Below, in pieces: positions 39,431 to 51,807 of a stretch of 62,000 nucleotides of DNA. Positions within the stretch are counted from its first letter, which is position 1, and the number at the start of each line of letters is the position of its first letter. The DNA is from Laetmonice hystrix (taxonomy: Eukaryota). The position numbers and the translations under genes are program-made. The notes below the pieces were generated by a model that did no database searches, was not told the origin of the DNA, and saw only the letters and a program-made list of their open reading frames with translations. The stretch spans positions 806,001 through 868,000 of the forward strand of contig OZ249436.1 in the NCBI GenBank assembly GCA_965235115.1, in the 5' to 3' direction.

Positions 39431-40008
39431 TGCCCTGAACGACCGTCACTGTCACTGAGGACTGCCGGGAGGGGGGTGAACCGTCAGACACAGAACTCTG
39501 GGCCCAGGTGACGAGAAAATACTGCCCTGAACGACCGTCACTGTCACTGAGGACTGCCGGGAGGGGCGTGAACCGTCAGACACAGAACTCTGGGCGCAGG
39601 TGACGAGAACATACTGCCCTGAACGACCGTCACTGTCACTGAGGACTGCCGGCCTGAACGACCGTCACTGTCAATGAGGACTGCCGGCCTGAACGACCGT
39701 CACTGTCACTGAGGACTGCTGGGAGGGGGGGGGTGAACCGTCCTCACTGTCACTGAGGACTGCCGGGAGGGGCGTGAACCGTGAGACACAGAACTCTGGG
39801 CCCAGGTGACGAGAAAATACTGCCCTGAACGACCGTCACTGTCAATGAGGACTGCCGGGAGGCGGGTGAACCTTTAGACACAGAACTCTGGGCCCAGGTG
39901 ACGAGAAAATACTGCCCTGAACGACCGTCACTGTCAATGAGGACTGCCGGGAGGCGGGTGAACCTTTAGACACAGAACTCTGGGCCCAGGTGACGAGAAA
40001 ATACTGCC
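39431..40008. repeat. ~90-bp irregular tandem repeat
   Basis: TGCCCTGAACGACCGTCACTGTCACTGAGGACTGCC... repeated with internal deletions. Confidence 0.93.
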
Positions 40009-40137
40009 TTTCACTTCTCTGGCCAGAGTAGCCAGGACAGCAGTGGATAGATCTAGTCGGTATTCACGTCATAAAGATGCAGATTTCAACAGTACAGCCA
40101 CAGCCACCTCTGTACTTGACAGGCTGGAAATGGATAT

Positions 40138-40154
40138 GTCTCTCTTTCTCTGTC

Positions 40155-40243
<89 letters not shown>
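40138..40243. repeat. (TCTG)n/(TC)n compound microsatellite
   Basis: Seen directly. Confidence 0.97.
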
Positions 40244-40244
<1 letters not shown>

Positions 40245-40614
40245 GAGAATTGAGATATTTTTCAATTATTGGGTATAGATTTTGAAATAAGGCTCACTTA
40301 GGAATTATATTTTAATCAATACGTAGCAGACATCAATTCAGTCGGGGGGGGGGGGTTTCATGTTTTTCATAAGGTTTTTGTGATAACATCGATTAAAGCC
40401 ATCGGTACGGCCTCCCCACCAATAGGTTACTGTGATTGAGAAAAATAACAAAGTTCGCCACCCATAGGTTATTGTGATTGAGAAAAATAACAATTAAAGC
40501 CATCGGTACGGCCTCGCCACCCATAGGTTACTGTGATTGAGAAAAATAACAAAGTTCAGAACAACACTAGCCGCCAGATTCCAATTGCAAAAGATATTAT
40601 GTTTTTCCCCTGAA

Positions 40615-41685
40615 AGGTCATGACTGCATGCACTCAGCTGACGCTTCCGTCAGGTCATGACCGCAGTCAGCTGACGCTTCCATCAGGTCATGACTGCAGT
40701 CAGCTGACGCTTCCATCAGGTCATGACCGCACTCAGCTGACGCATCCGTCAGGTCATGACTGCGGTCAGCTGACGCTTCCATCAGGTCATGACTGCAGTC
40801 AGCTGACGCTTCCCTCAGGTCATGACTGCATGCAGTCAGCTGACGCTTCCCTCAGGTCATGACTGCATGCAGTCAGCTGACGCTTCTGTCAGGTCATGAC
40901 TGCGGTCAGCTGACGCATCCCTCAGGTCATGACTGCATGCAGTCAGCTGACGCTTCTGTCAGGTCATGACTGCGGTCAGCTGACGCTTCTGTCAGGTCAT
41001 GACTGCGGTCAGCTGACGCATCCCTCAGGTCATGACTGCAGTCAGCTGACGCTTCCCTCAGGTCATGACTGCATGCAGTCAGCTGACGCTTCCATTAGGT
41101 CATGACTGCATGCAGTCAGCTGACGCTTCCATCAGGTCATGACTGCATGCAGTCAGCTGACGCTTCTGTCAGGTCATGACTGCGGTCAGCTGACGCTTCC
41201 GTCATGTCATGACTGCGGTCAGCTGACGCTTCCGTCATGTCATGACTGCGGTCAGCTGACGCTTCCATCAGGTCATGACTGCAGTCAGCTGACGCTTCCA
41301 TTAGGTCATGACTGCATGCAGTCAGCTGACGCTTCCATCAGGTCATGACTGCATGCAGTCAGCTGACGCTTCTGTCAGGTCATGACTGCGGTCAGCTGAC
41401 GCTTCCGTCATGTCATGACTGCGGTCAGCTGACGCTTCCATCAGGTCATGACTGCAGTCAGCTGACGCTTCCCTCAGGTCATGACTGCATGCAGTCAGCT
41501 GACGCTTCTGTCAGGTCATGACTGCAGTCAGCTGACGCTTCTGTCAGGTCATGACTGCATGCAGTCAGCTGACGCTTCCGTCAGGTCATGACCGCAGTCA
41601 GCTGACGCTTCCGTCATGTCATGACCGCAGTCAGCTGACGCGTCCGTCAGGTCATGACTGCAGTCAGCTGACGCTTCCATCAGGT
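40615..41685. repeat. 33/37-bp palindrome-rich minisatellite
   Basis: AGGTCATGACTGCAGTCAGCTGACGCTTCCATC repeated. Confidence 0.97.
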
Positions 41686-41776
41686 GATGTTGTAGACTCG
41701 ACGATCTCACCTCATCACCTACGATGGTCATAGACCGTTACCTGGACTTTAGATTAACCCGGCGGAGATACATTGT

Positions 41777-42670
41777 GTCAGTTGTCTGGTAACGAGTCAG
41801 TTGTCTGGTAACAAGTCAGTTGTCTGGTAACAAGTCAGTTGTCTGGTAACAAGTCAGTTGTCTGGTAACAAGTCAGAAGTCTGGTAACAAGTCAGTAACA
41901 AGTCAGTTGTCTGGTAACAAGTCAGTTGTCTGGTAACAAGTCAGTTGTCTGGTAACAAGTCAGAAGTCTGGTAACAAGTCAGTTGTCTGGTAACAAGTCA
42001 GTTGTCTGGTAACAAGTCAGTTGTCTGGTAACAAGTCAGTAACAAGTCAGTTGTCTGGTAACAAGTCAGTTGTCTGGTAACAAGTCAGTTGTCTGGTAAC
42101 AAGTCAGTTGTCTGGTAACAAGTCAGAAGTCTGGTAACAAGTCAGTTGTCTGGTAACAAGTCAGTTGTCTGGTAACAAGTCAGTTGTCTGGTAACAAGTC
42201 AGTAACAAGTCAGTTGTCTGGTAACAAGTCAGTTGTCTGGTAACAAGTCAGTTGTCTGGTAACAAGTCAGTTGTCTGGTAACAAGTCAGAAGTCTGGTAA
42301 CAAGTCAGGTGTCTGGTAACAAGTCAGTTGTCTGGTAACGAGTCAGTTGTCTGGTAACGAGTCAGAAGTCTGGTAACAAGTCAGAAGTCTGGTAACAAGT
42401 CAGTTGTCTGGTAACAAGTCAGTTACCTGGTAACAAGTCAGTTGTCTGGTAACAAGTCAGTTGTCTGGTAACAAGTCAGTTGTCTGGTAACAAGTCAGTT
42501 GTCTGGTAACAAGTCAGTTACCTAGTAACAAGTCAGTTGTCTGGTAACAAGTCAGTTGTCCGGTAACAAGTCAGTTGTCTGGTAACAAGTCAGTTGTCTG
42601 GTAACAAGTCAGAAGTCTGGTAAAAAGTCAGTTGTCTGGTAACAAGTCAGAAGTCTGGTAACAAGTCAGT
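41777..42670. repeat. 19-bp minisatellite
   Basis: GTCAGTTGTCTGGTAACAA repeated. Confidence 0.98.
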
Positions 42671-43209
42671 GGTCGCGTTCCCTCCACCATTTCGGCAGCT
42701 GCGATGCACAAAAACACCCGGCACTTTACCGTGTCTCTGGACCGTGTTCACTTGTTTGCGTGTCCGCCGGGCTTGTCAGGACCAGACCTGATCGCCACAG
42801 CTTCGATTGATTGTGTGGCGCATGCACGTTTAGGTAGAGGATAGGGTAAGAAAAAGGAAGTCGGAACCGCATACACAAATCTGTTTTCACAATCCCGTTC
42901 GGATTTCATTCAATCTATACAAGGACCCCGAGAAAAGTACAAGCTCTACTGCTCTCAGACGATACTGCTATGTTATTAGTGCCAATAAGAAAGGCTTCAG
43001 AAAACACGACTTTCTATGCCGATTTAACAGTTCGCGTTCAGATATGCAAAAGAAGTCCCTATTGAAGCACCGTAAATACGGAAGCAGTAAACACAATCTG
43101 TAAAATCGCATGAGAAGATTCTTTTATTGCTTTTCTTTCTGGTGGCAGGTAAAGATTTTATGTCAAGGAAGGAACGCAAGAGTGTAGCAACGTCCTCTAC
43201 AAAAATCTG

Positions 43210-43465
43210 ACTTGTTCAACCAATATGCTGTTAACCATATTAAAAATACAACTTGTCTTCAACCAATATGCTGTTAACCATATTAAAAATACAACTTGTC
43301 TTCAACCAATATGCTGTTAACCATATTAAAAATACAACTTGTCTTTAACCAATATGCTGTTAACCATATTAAAAATACAACTTGTCTTCAACCAATATGC
43401 TGTTAACCATATTAAAAATACAACTTGTCTTTAACCAATATGCTGTTAACGATATTAACAATACA
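43210..43465. repeat. 43-bp AT-rich minisatellite
   Basis: AACCAATATGCTGTTAACCATATTAAAAATACAACTTGTCTTC repeated. Confidence 0.95.
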
Positions 43466-44024
43466 TATCGCTTTCCCCAATTGAGCAGCAACGGCTCATG
43501 CTTTTACTGTAAAAAGACAATGTAGGTTAGCCATAGACCTTTTCGTGCAATGTCTAATGAAGAATAAGACTGAAAGAATTCAGACCTTTTTATTTTAAAG
43601 GTGTATATCAAGTTGTTCTCTCTAGGGAGCATTCAAGCGTTACGACGATTTCGGTATGCTATGATGCTTATAATTGACACGAGAAAATCGTAGATGTTTC
43701 GAGACCCGCCTCGTCTATCAGGAAACTGGAGATCAATATGTCACAGTGGCTGCACCCCGGTCTCCGCTTTCACCCCCTCCCCATACCCCTCCCCCGGGGG
43801 CTGAGGTTGTGGGTGGGTTAGGGGTGGGGTGGGGCATGTGTCTGGCCAGTATTTCCAGTGGTGGATGGAGGCGTCCATTATTATGAATACAGCATCACTT
43901 GCAGGAAAGGACATGCCATATTTTGGATAGATTGCTATAATACATGCCTAGAAACCACGGCGGGTCCATGTAGTGCAGTAGTTCGGGTCAGAACTAGGTG
44001 GAACCGTCATACATTAAAGGTTGG

Positions 44025-47000
44025 GTTAGGTTAGGGTTAGGGAGAGTGGTGAGGGAGAGTGGTGAGTTCTCTGTGAGGGTTAGGGGCTGGGTCAGGGAGA
44101 GTGGTAAGTTCTCTGAGGGGTGAGGGTTAGGGGCTGGGTCGGGGAGAGTGGTAAGTTCTCTGAGGGGTGAGGGTTAGGGGCTGGGTCAGGGAGAGTCGTA
44201 AGTTCTCTGAGGGGTGAGGGTTAGGGGCTGGGTCAGGGAGAGTCGTAAGTTCTCTGAGGGGTGAGGGTTAGGGGCTGGGTCTGGGAGAGTGGTGAGTTCT
44301 CTGAGGGGTGAGGGTTAGGGGCTCGGTCAGGGAGAGTGGTAAGTTCTCTGAGGGGTGAGGGTTAGGGGCTGGGTCAGAGAGATTGGTAAGTTCTCTGAGG
44401 GGTTAGGGGCTGGGTCAGGGAGAGTGGTAAGTTCTCTGAGGGGTTAGGGTTAGGGGCTGGGTCAGGGAGAGTGGTAAGTTCTCTGAGGGGTGAGGGTTAG
44501 GGGCTGGGTCAGGGAGAGTGGTGAGTTCTCTGAGGGGGGAGGGTTAGGGGCTGGGTCAGGGAGAGTGGTGAGGTCTCTGAGGGGTGAGGGTTAGGGGCTG
44601 GGTCAGGGAGAGTGGTAAGTTCTCTGAGGGGTGAGGGTTAGGGGCTGGGTCAGGGAGAGTGGTGAGTTCTCTGAGGGGTGAGGGTTAGGGGCTGGGTCAG
44701 GGAGAGTGGTGGGTTCTCTGAGGGGTGAGGGTTAGGGGCTGGGTCAGGGAGAGTGGTAAAGTTCTCTGAGGGGTGAGGGTTAGGGGCTGGGTCAGGGAAA
44801 GTGTTAAGTTCTCTGAGGGGTGAGGGTTAGGGGCTGGGTCAGGGAGAGTGGTAAAGTTCTCTGAGGGGTTAGGGGCTGGGTCAGGGAAAGTGTTAAGTTC
44901 TCTGAGGGGTGAGGGTTAGGGGCTGGGTCAGGGAAAGTGTTAAGTTCTCTGAGGGGTGAGGGTTAGGGGCTGGGTCAGGGAGAGTGGTAAGTTCTCTGAG
45001 GGGTGAGGGTTAGGGGCTGGGTCAGGGAGAGTGGTGAGTTCTCTGAGGGGTGAGGGTGAGGGGCTGGGTCAGAGAGATTGGTGAGTTCTCTGAGGGGTGA
45101 GGGTTAGGTTAGGGTTAGGGAGAGTGGTAAGTTCTCTGAGGGGTGAGGGTGAGGGGCTGGGTCAGGGAGAGTAGTGAGTTCTCTGAGGGGTGGGGGTTAG
45201 GGGCTGGGTTAGGGAGAGTGGTGAGTTCTCTGAGGGGTGAGGGTTAGGTTAGGGTTAGGGAGAGTGGTGAGTTCTCTGAGGGGTGAGGGTTAGGGGCTGG
45301 GTCAGGGAGAGTGGTAAGTTCTCTGAGGGGTTAGGGTTAGTGGCTGGGTCAGGGAGAGTGGTGAGTTCTCTGAGGGGTGAGGGTTAGGGGCTGGGTCAGG
45401 GAGAGTGGTGAGTTCTCTGAGGGGTGGGGGTTAGTGGCTGGGTCAGGGAGAGTGGTGAGTTCTCTGAGGGGTGAGGGTTAGGGGCTGGGTCAGGGAGAGT
45501 GGTAAGTTCTCTGAGGGGTGAGGGTTAGGGGCTGGGTCAGGGAGAGTCGTAAGTTCTCTGAGGGGTGAGGGTTAGGGGCTGGGTCAGGGAGAGTCGTAAG
45601 TTCTCTGAGGGGTGAGGGTTAGGGGCTGGGTCTGGGAGAGTGGTGAGTTCTCTGAGGGGTGAGGGTTAGGGGCTCGGTCAGGGAGAGTGGTAAGTTCTCT
45701 GAGGGGTGAGGGTTAGGGGCTGGGTCAGAGAGATTGGTAAGTTCTCTGAGGGGTTAGGGGCTGGGTCAGGGAGAGTGGTAAGTTCTCTGAGGGGTTAGGG
45801 TTAGGGGCTGGGTTAGGGAGAGTGGTAAGTTCTCTGAGGGGTGAGGGTTAGGGGCTGGGTCAGGGAGAGTGGTGAGTTCTCTGAGGGGTGAGGGTTAGGG
45901 GCTGGGTCAGGGAGAGTGGTGGGTTCTCTGAGGGGTGAGGGTTAGGGGCTGGGTCAGGGAGAGTGGTAAAGTTCTCTGAGGGGTGAGGGTTAGGGGCTGG
46001 GTCAGGGAAAGTGTTAAGTTCTCTGAGGGGTGAGGGTTAGGGGCTGGGTCAGGGAGAGTGGTAAAGTTCTCTGAGGGGTTAGGGGCTGGGTCAGGGAAAG
46101 TGTTAAGTTCTCTGAGGGGTGAGGGTTAGGGGCTGGGTCAGGGAGAGTGGTAAGTTCTCTGAGGGGTGAGGGTTAGGGGCTGGGTCAGGGAGAGTGGTGA
46201 GTTCTCTGAGGGGTGAGGGTGAGGGGCTGGGTCAGAGAGATTGGTGAGTTCTCTGAGGGGTGAGGGTTAGGTTAGGGTTAGGGAGAGTGGTAAGTTCTCT
46301 GAGGGGTGAGGGTGAGGGGCTGGGTCAGGGAGAGTAGTGAGTTCTCTGAGGGGTGGGGGTTAGGGGCTGGGTTAGGGAGAGTGGTGAGTTCTCTGAGGGG
46401 TGAGGGTTAGGTTAGGGTTAGGGAGAGTGGTGAGTTCTCTGAGGGGTGAGGGTTAGGGGCTGGGTCAGGGAGAGTGGTAAGTTCTCTGAGGGGTTAGGGT
46501 TAGTGGCTGGGTCAGGGAGAGTGGTGAGTTCTCTGAGGGGTGAGGGTTAGGGGCTGGGTCAGGGAGAGTGGTGAGTTCTCTGAGGGGTGGGGGTTAGTGG
46601 CTGGGTCAGGGAGAGTGGTGAGTTCTCTGAGGGGTGAGGGTTAGGGGCTGGGTCAGGGAGAGTGGTAAGGTCTCTGAGGGGTGAGGGTTAGGGGCTGGGT
46701 CAGGGAGAGTGGTGAGTTCTCTGAGGGGTTAGGGTTAGGGGCTGGGTCAGGGAGAGTGGTGAGGTCTCTGAGGGGTGGGGGTTAGGTTAGGGTTAGGGAG
46801 AGTGGTAAGTTCTCTGAGGGGGGAGGGTTAGGGGCTGGGTCAGGGAGAGTGGTAAGTTCTCTGAGGGGTGAGGGTTAGGGGCTGGGTCAGGGAGAGTGGT
46901 GAGTTCTCTGAGGGGTTAGGGTTAGGGGCTGGGTCAGGGAGAGTGGTGAGGTCTCTGAGGGGTGGGGGTTAGGTTAGGGTTAGGGAGAGTGGTAAGTTCT

Positions 47001-47828
47001 CTGAGGGGGGAGGGTTAGGGGCTGGGTCAGGGAGAGTGGTAAGTTCTCTGAGGGGTGAGGGTTAGGGGCTGGGTCAGGGAGAGTGGTAAGTTCTCTGAGG
47101 GGTTAGGGTTAGGGGCTGGGTCAGGGAGAGTGGTGACTTCTCTGAGGGGTGAGGGTTAGGGGCTGGGTTAGGGAGAGTGGTGAGGTCTCTGAGGGGTTAG
47201 GGTTAGGGGCTGGGTTAGGGAGAGTGGTGAGTTCTCTGAGGGGTGAGGGTTAGGGGCTGGGTCAGTGAGAGTAGTGAGGTCTCTCAGGGGTGAGGGTTAG
47301 GGTTAGGGGCTGGGTCAGGGAGAGTGGTAAGTTCTCTGAGGGGTTAGGGGCTGGGTCAGGGAGAGTCGTAAGTTCTCTGAGGGGTTAGGGTTAGGGGCTG
47401 GGTCAGGGAGAGTGGTGAGTTCTCTGAGGGGTGAGGGTTAGGGGCTGGGTCAGGGAGAGTCGTAAGTTCTCTGAGGGGTTAGGGTTAGGGGCTGGGTCAG
47501 GGAGAGTGGTGAGTTCTCTGAGGGGTGAGGGTTAGGGGCTGGGTCAGGGAGAGTGGTGAGTTCTCTGAGGGGGGAGGGTTAGGGGCTGGGTCAGGGAGAG
47601 TGGTGAGTTCTCTGAGGGGTGAGGGTTAGGGGCTGGGTCAGGGAGAGTGGTGAGTTCTCTGAGGGGTGAGGGTTAGGGGCTGGGTCAGGGAGAGTGGTGA
47701 GTTCTCTGAGGGGGGAGGGTTAGGGGCTGGGTCAGGGAGAGTGGTAAGTTCTCTGAGGGGTGGGGGTTAGGGGCTGGGTCAGGGAGAGTGGTGAGTTCTC
47801 TGAGGGGTGAGGGTTAGGGGCTGGGTCT
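44025..47828. repeat. ~47-bp telomere-motif-containing G-rich satellite, ~3.8 kb
   Basis: GAGAGTGGTAAGTTCTCTGAGGGGTGAGGGTTAGGGGCTGGGTCAGG repeated. Confidence 0.98.
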
Positions 47829-48218
47829 AAGAAGTTTGGTAGATTTTTAGTTATGACTACTAAATTTCGTGAAGAATTTACCACGAGGAGATCTCCCCTG
47901 CGCTTGAGCATGTATCCTAGGAAAAGCTGCAATAAGGTGTGAAAAAACAGCATTTGTGTCAAGAGAGATAATAAATCAGGGGTGTTTTTTGTCGGCGCCT
48001 TTAGAAAGCTGTTTGTAATAAAAACGTGTGCAGTGGAGTCGGGCAGACGGAGAGCGATCATATCCTACACCTGCTGAAGTGATCATTGACGTTGCTACCT
48101 GGCAACCGTCGCTATGGTTACATGGGTCTACGGAAAGTTACACCAAATCTCACGGCACTGTCATGTTAAAAATTTTATAATTGTCCCTGGCAAAGGTTTT
48201 TGAAACCCGTGAAAAAAG

Positions 48219-49080
48219 GGTTAGGGATGTTTTGTGGGAGGTTAGCGGACCAAGGTAAGGGATCTGGGGCAGGGTTAGGGATGTTTTGTGGGAGGTTAGG
48301 GGACCAAGGTAAGGGATCAGGGGCAGGGTTAGGGATGTTTTGTGGGAGGTTAGGGGACCAAGGTAAGGGATCAGGGGCAGGGTTAGAAATGTTTTGTGGG
48401 AGGTTAGGGATGTTTTGTTGGAGGTTAGGGGACCAAGGTAAGGGATTGGGGGCAGGGTTAGGGATGTTTTGTGGGAGGTTAGGGGACCAAGGTAAGGGAT
48501 TGGGGGCAGGGTTAGGGATGTTTTGTGGGAGGTTAGGGGACCAAGGTAAGGGATTAGGAGCAGGGTTAGAAATGTTTTGTGGGAGGTTAGGGATGTTTTG
48601 TTGGAGATTAGGGGACCAAGGTAAGGGATTGGGGGCAGGGTTAGGGATGTTTTGTGGGAGGTTAGGGGACCAAAGTAACGGATTGGGGGCAGGGTTAGGG
48701 ATGTTTTGTGGGAGGTTAGGGGACCAAGGTAAGGGATTAGGGGCAGGGTTAGGGATGTTTTGTGGGAGGTTAGGGGACCAAGGTAAGGGATTAGGGGCAG
48801 GGTTAGGGATGTTTTGTGGGAGGTTAGGGGGACCAAGGTAAGGGATTGGGAGCAGGGTTAGGGATGTTTTGTGGGAGGTTAGGGGACCAAGGTAAGGGAT
48901 TAGGGGCAGGGTTAGGGATGTTTTTTGGGAGGTTAGGTGACCAAGGTAAGGGATTGGGGGCAGGGTTAGGGATGTTTTGTGGGAGGTTAGGGATGTTTTG
49001 TGGGAGGTTAGGGGACCAAGGTAAGGGATTGGGGGCAGGGTTGGGGATGTTTTGTGGGAGGTTAGGGGACCAAGGTAAGG
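48219..49080. repeat. 54-bp G-rich minisatellite with TTAGGG
   Basis: GTTAGGGATGTTTTGTGGGAGGTTAGGGGACCAAGGTAAGGGATTGGGGGCAGG repeated. Confidence 0.97.
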
Positions 49081-49852
49081 GCCAGGGTGTTGGGCCAGGA
49101 GGAGTAGTTTTTAGCTTATTTCCATGGATATATTACTATGAGGATCTAGCCGTGGGGAGGGGGGGGGGGTGACGGCTGTTTACACAGCTCACGAACAGCT
49201 GAGTGGCCCGCGTGATTTATAACGGGTGCAATGTTAACACAAGGTCAAAGGTCAGGGTCTAACACGATAAGTGGCCACAGAGGGCAGCAGTGGTGTATGA
49301 GTGGGTGGGTGAATGAGCTCTCCGCAGCGAATCACGATTGGCTGTGTCAGAGCAGACACAAGAAGAGAGAGAGCATCAAATAGTATTGCGATGAAAAAAA
49401 CATCATATGCATGTTTTAAGTTTCAAAAATCATATATGAGTATAAACGTTTTTGATCCTATTTGTAATTACACACTTTTTGTTCGTTGTACATAATATAA
49501 TGTTTATAATTTAATGTTGTGCAGATGTTTCTTTTCATATTGTTAAAGACAAAGAACTCTAGCGCCACAGTTAGAATAGTTAGAATTACAATATTCCCAT
49601 GCACTATGCTTGTTTATAAATATTTGTTATGCAAACGCCAGCGTCGAGCGGACAGAGCTCAAAGGATGTGGAATGAGAAATGGATGTTGTAGTGGTATTG
49701 ACATTGTTGTCAAGAACGTGGCAGCCACATGGGGTTGAGGGGGTGTAGACTCCCACCCTCAGGGTTAGCGTCTCATCAGGTCATACAGGGAAAGATGTAC
49801 CACTGTGTCACTCTGGCGCCATAACTATTCTCCAGGATTGACTTGGGAATAA

Positions 49853-50801
49853 AGACATGTCCATATGGACAGTATCCTGCTGTACCGTAAGATATGGTGT
49901 CTGCTCCAGTATTCCCACCTCAGACATGTCTGGATGTCCATATGGACAGTATCCTGCTGTACCGTAAGATATGGTGTCTGCTCCAGTATTCCCACCTCAG
50001 ACATGTCTATATGTCCATATGGACAGTATCCTGCTGTACCGTAAGATATGGTGTCTGCTCCAGTATTCCCACCTCAGACATGTCTATATGTCCATATGGA
50101 CAGTATCCTGCTGTACCGTAAGATATGGTGTCTGCTCCAGTATTCCCACCTCAGACATGTCTGGATGTCCATATGGACAGTATCCTACTGTACCGTAAGA
50201 TATGGTGTCTGCTCCAGTATTCCCACCTCAGACATGTCTGGATGTCCATATGGACAGTATCCTGCTGTACCGTAAGATATGGTGTCTGCTCCAGTATTCC
50301 CACCTCAGACATATGGACAGTATCCTGCTGTACCGTAAGATATGGTGTCTGCTCCAGTATTCCCACCTCAGACATGTCTGGATGTCCATATGGACAGTAT
50401 CCTACTGTACCGTAAGATATGGTGTCTGCTCCAGTATTCCCACCTCAGACATGTCTGGATGTCCATATGGACAGTATCCTGCTGTACCGTAAGATATGGT
50501 GTCTGCTCCAGTATTCCCACCTCAGACATATGGACAGTATCCTGCTGTACCGTAAGATATGGTGTCTGCTCCAGTATTCCCACCTCAGACATGTCTGGAT
50601 GTCCATATGGACAGTATCCTACTGTACCGTAAGATATGGTGTCTGCTCCAGTATTCCCACCTCAGACATATGGACAGTATCCTGCTGTACCGTAAGATAT
50701 GGTGTCTGCTCCAGTATTCCCACCTCAGACATATGGACAGTATCCTGCTGTACCGTAAGATATGGTGTCTGCTCCAGTATTCCCACCTCAGACATGTCTG
50801 G
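49853..50801. repeat. 77/63-bp minisatellite
   Basis: CATATGGACAGTATCCTGCTGTACC...CCTCAGACAT repeated. Confidence 0.97.
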
Positions 50802-51120
50802 GATGGAAATAAACTGTAAATATTGAACCCTGTATGTACCCAGTGCAGACTGTTGTCTTGGTTACCGGTATAACTAGGAAAGTTAAAGCAATATCACCGA
50901 GTATCTCTCATTTCAATGATTTCAAAATACATGGTCTCTCAGGTTAGATTAGGCCTTAGACTACATAAACCATACCCACAGAAATGGGGAAATCTGATGA
51001 AATTTAACATTCCAGTTGCCTATTGTCGCTATAAAGCGAACGTCTCAAGGCTGGTAGTTGACCTGACTTGAACAGCCAATGAAATTCACCGAGATTTCAA
51101 TGAAATTTGCATTTTGGGGT

Positions 51121-51464
51121 CAGGGCCGTACGCAGCCTACAATTGCTGGGGGCAGACCAGAGTTCGGACGGGCACCCTGGGCCCGGTTTTTAGTTTGGAA
51201 ACTGAGTCTTAAGATTCCAATCTTAAGATTGAATTCTTGTCTCAAAGCTTCTGATTGGTCCATCAAATGAGGTCAGCCAATGAGACACCATAACACAAGT
51301 CAGTCTTAAAACTCCAGTCTTAAGATTGGTAAAATGACGAACTAAAAACCGGGGCCAGGTCTCAAGGATGAATTCACATCCTTAAAAAGGGCACCTGCTC
51401 GTAAAAAATGGCACTTTCCTCCGTAATTACTGAGGGGCAGCTGCCCCCTGCCAGGTACGGCCTG
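51121..51464. mobile_element. CAGGGCCGTAC-type MITE hosting a nested insertion
   Basis: CAGGGCCGTAC...GTACGGCCTG inverted ends; no clear TSD. Confidence 0.55.
51177..51358. mobile_element. Nested Harbinger-like MITE
   Basis: CTGGGCCCGGTTTTTAGTT ... AACTAAAAACCGGGGCCAG inverted ends; internal TCTTAAGA repeats. Confidence 0.65.
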
Positions 51465-51807
51465 TGGAATGAGAGATACTCGGTGATTGCTTTAAGAGAA
51501 AAGACGGATGATTTTGAAAGAGATCACAACAATGATAGTGGTTAACCAAAGGTTTAAAATAAGGAAAGTGAGAAGGTTATAAGAAAAGAAAGGTTTTATT
51601 ACAATGATATTACGGTCAGGATGTAGGGGACATGGGGACAACGAATGTAAGGAGTCCACTTTGTCTGGGGAATGACTCTAAATGTTACATTGTTAGAAGT
51701 TACTCAGTCAGTTTTAATGCTTACAATTCCGCGCTGGTTTGTGCTGCCAGGGTAAGTGTTGATAAGTGTACAATCCGCTGATTTAGGTTAGACGGATAAA
51801 AACGATA

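Noticed and set aside
44025..49080. True telomere or telomere fusion site
   Set aside because: No long pure (TTAGGG)n tract and no head-to-head TTAGGG/CCCTAA junction.
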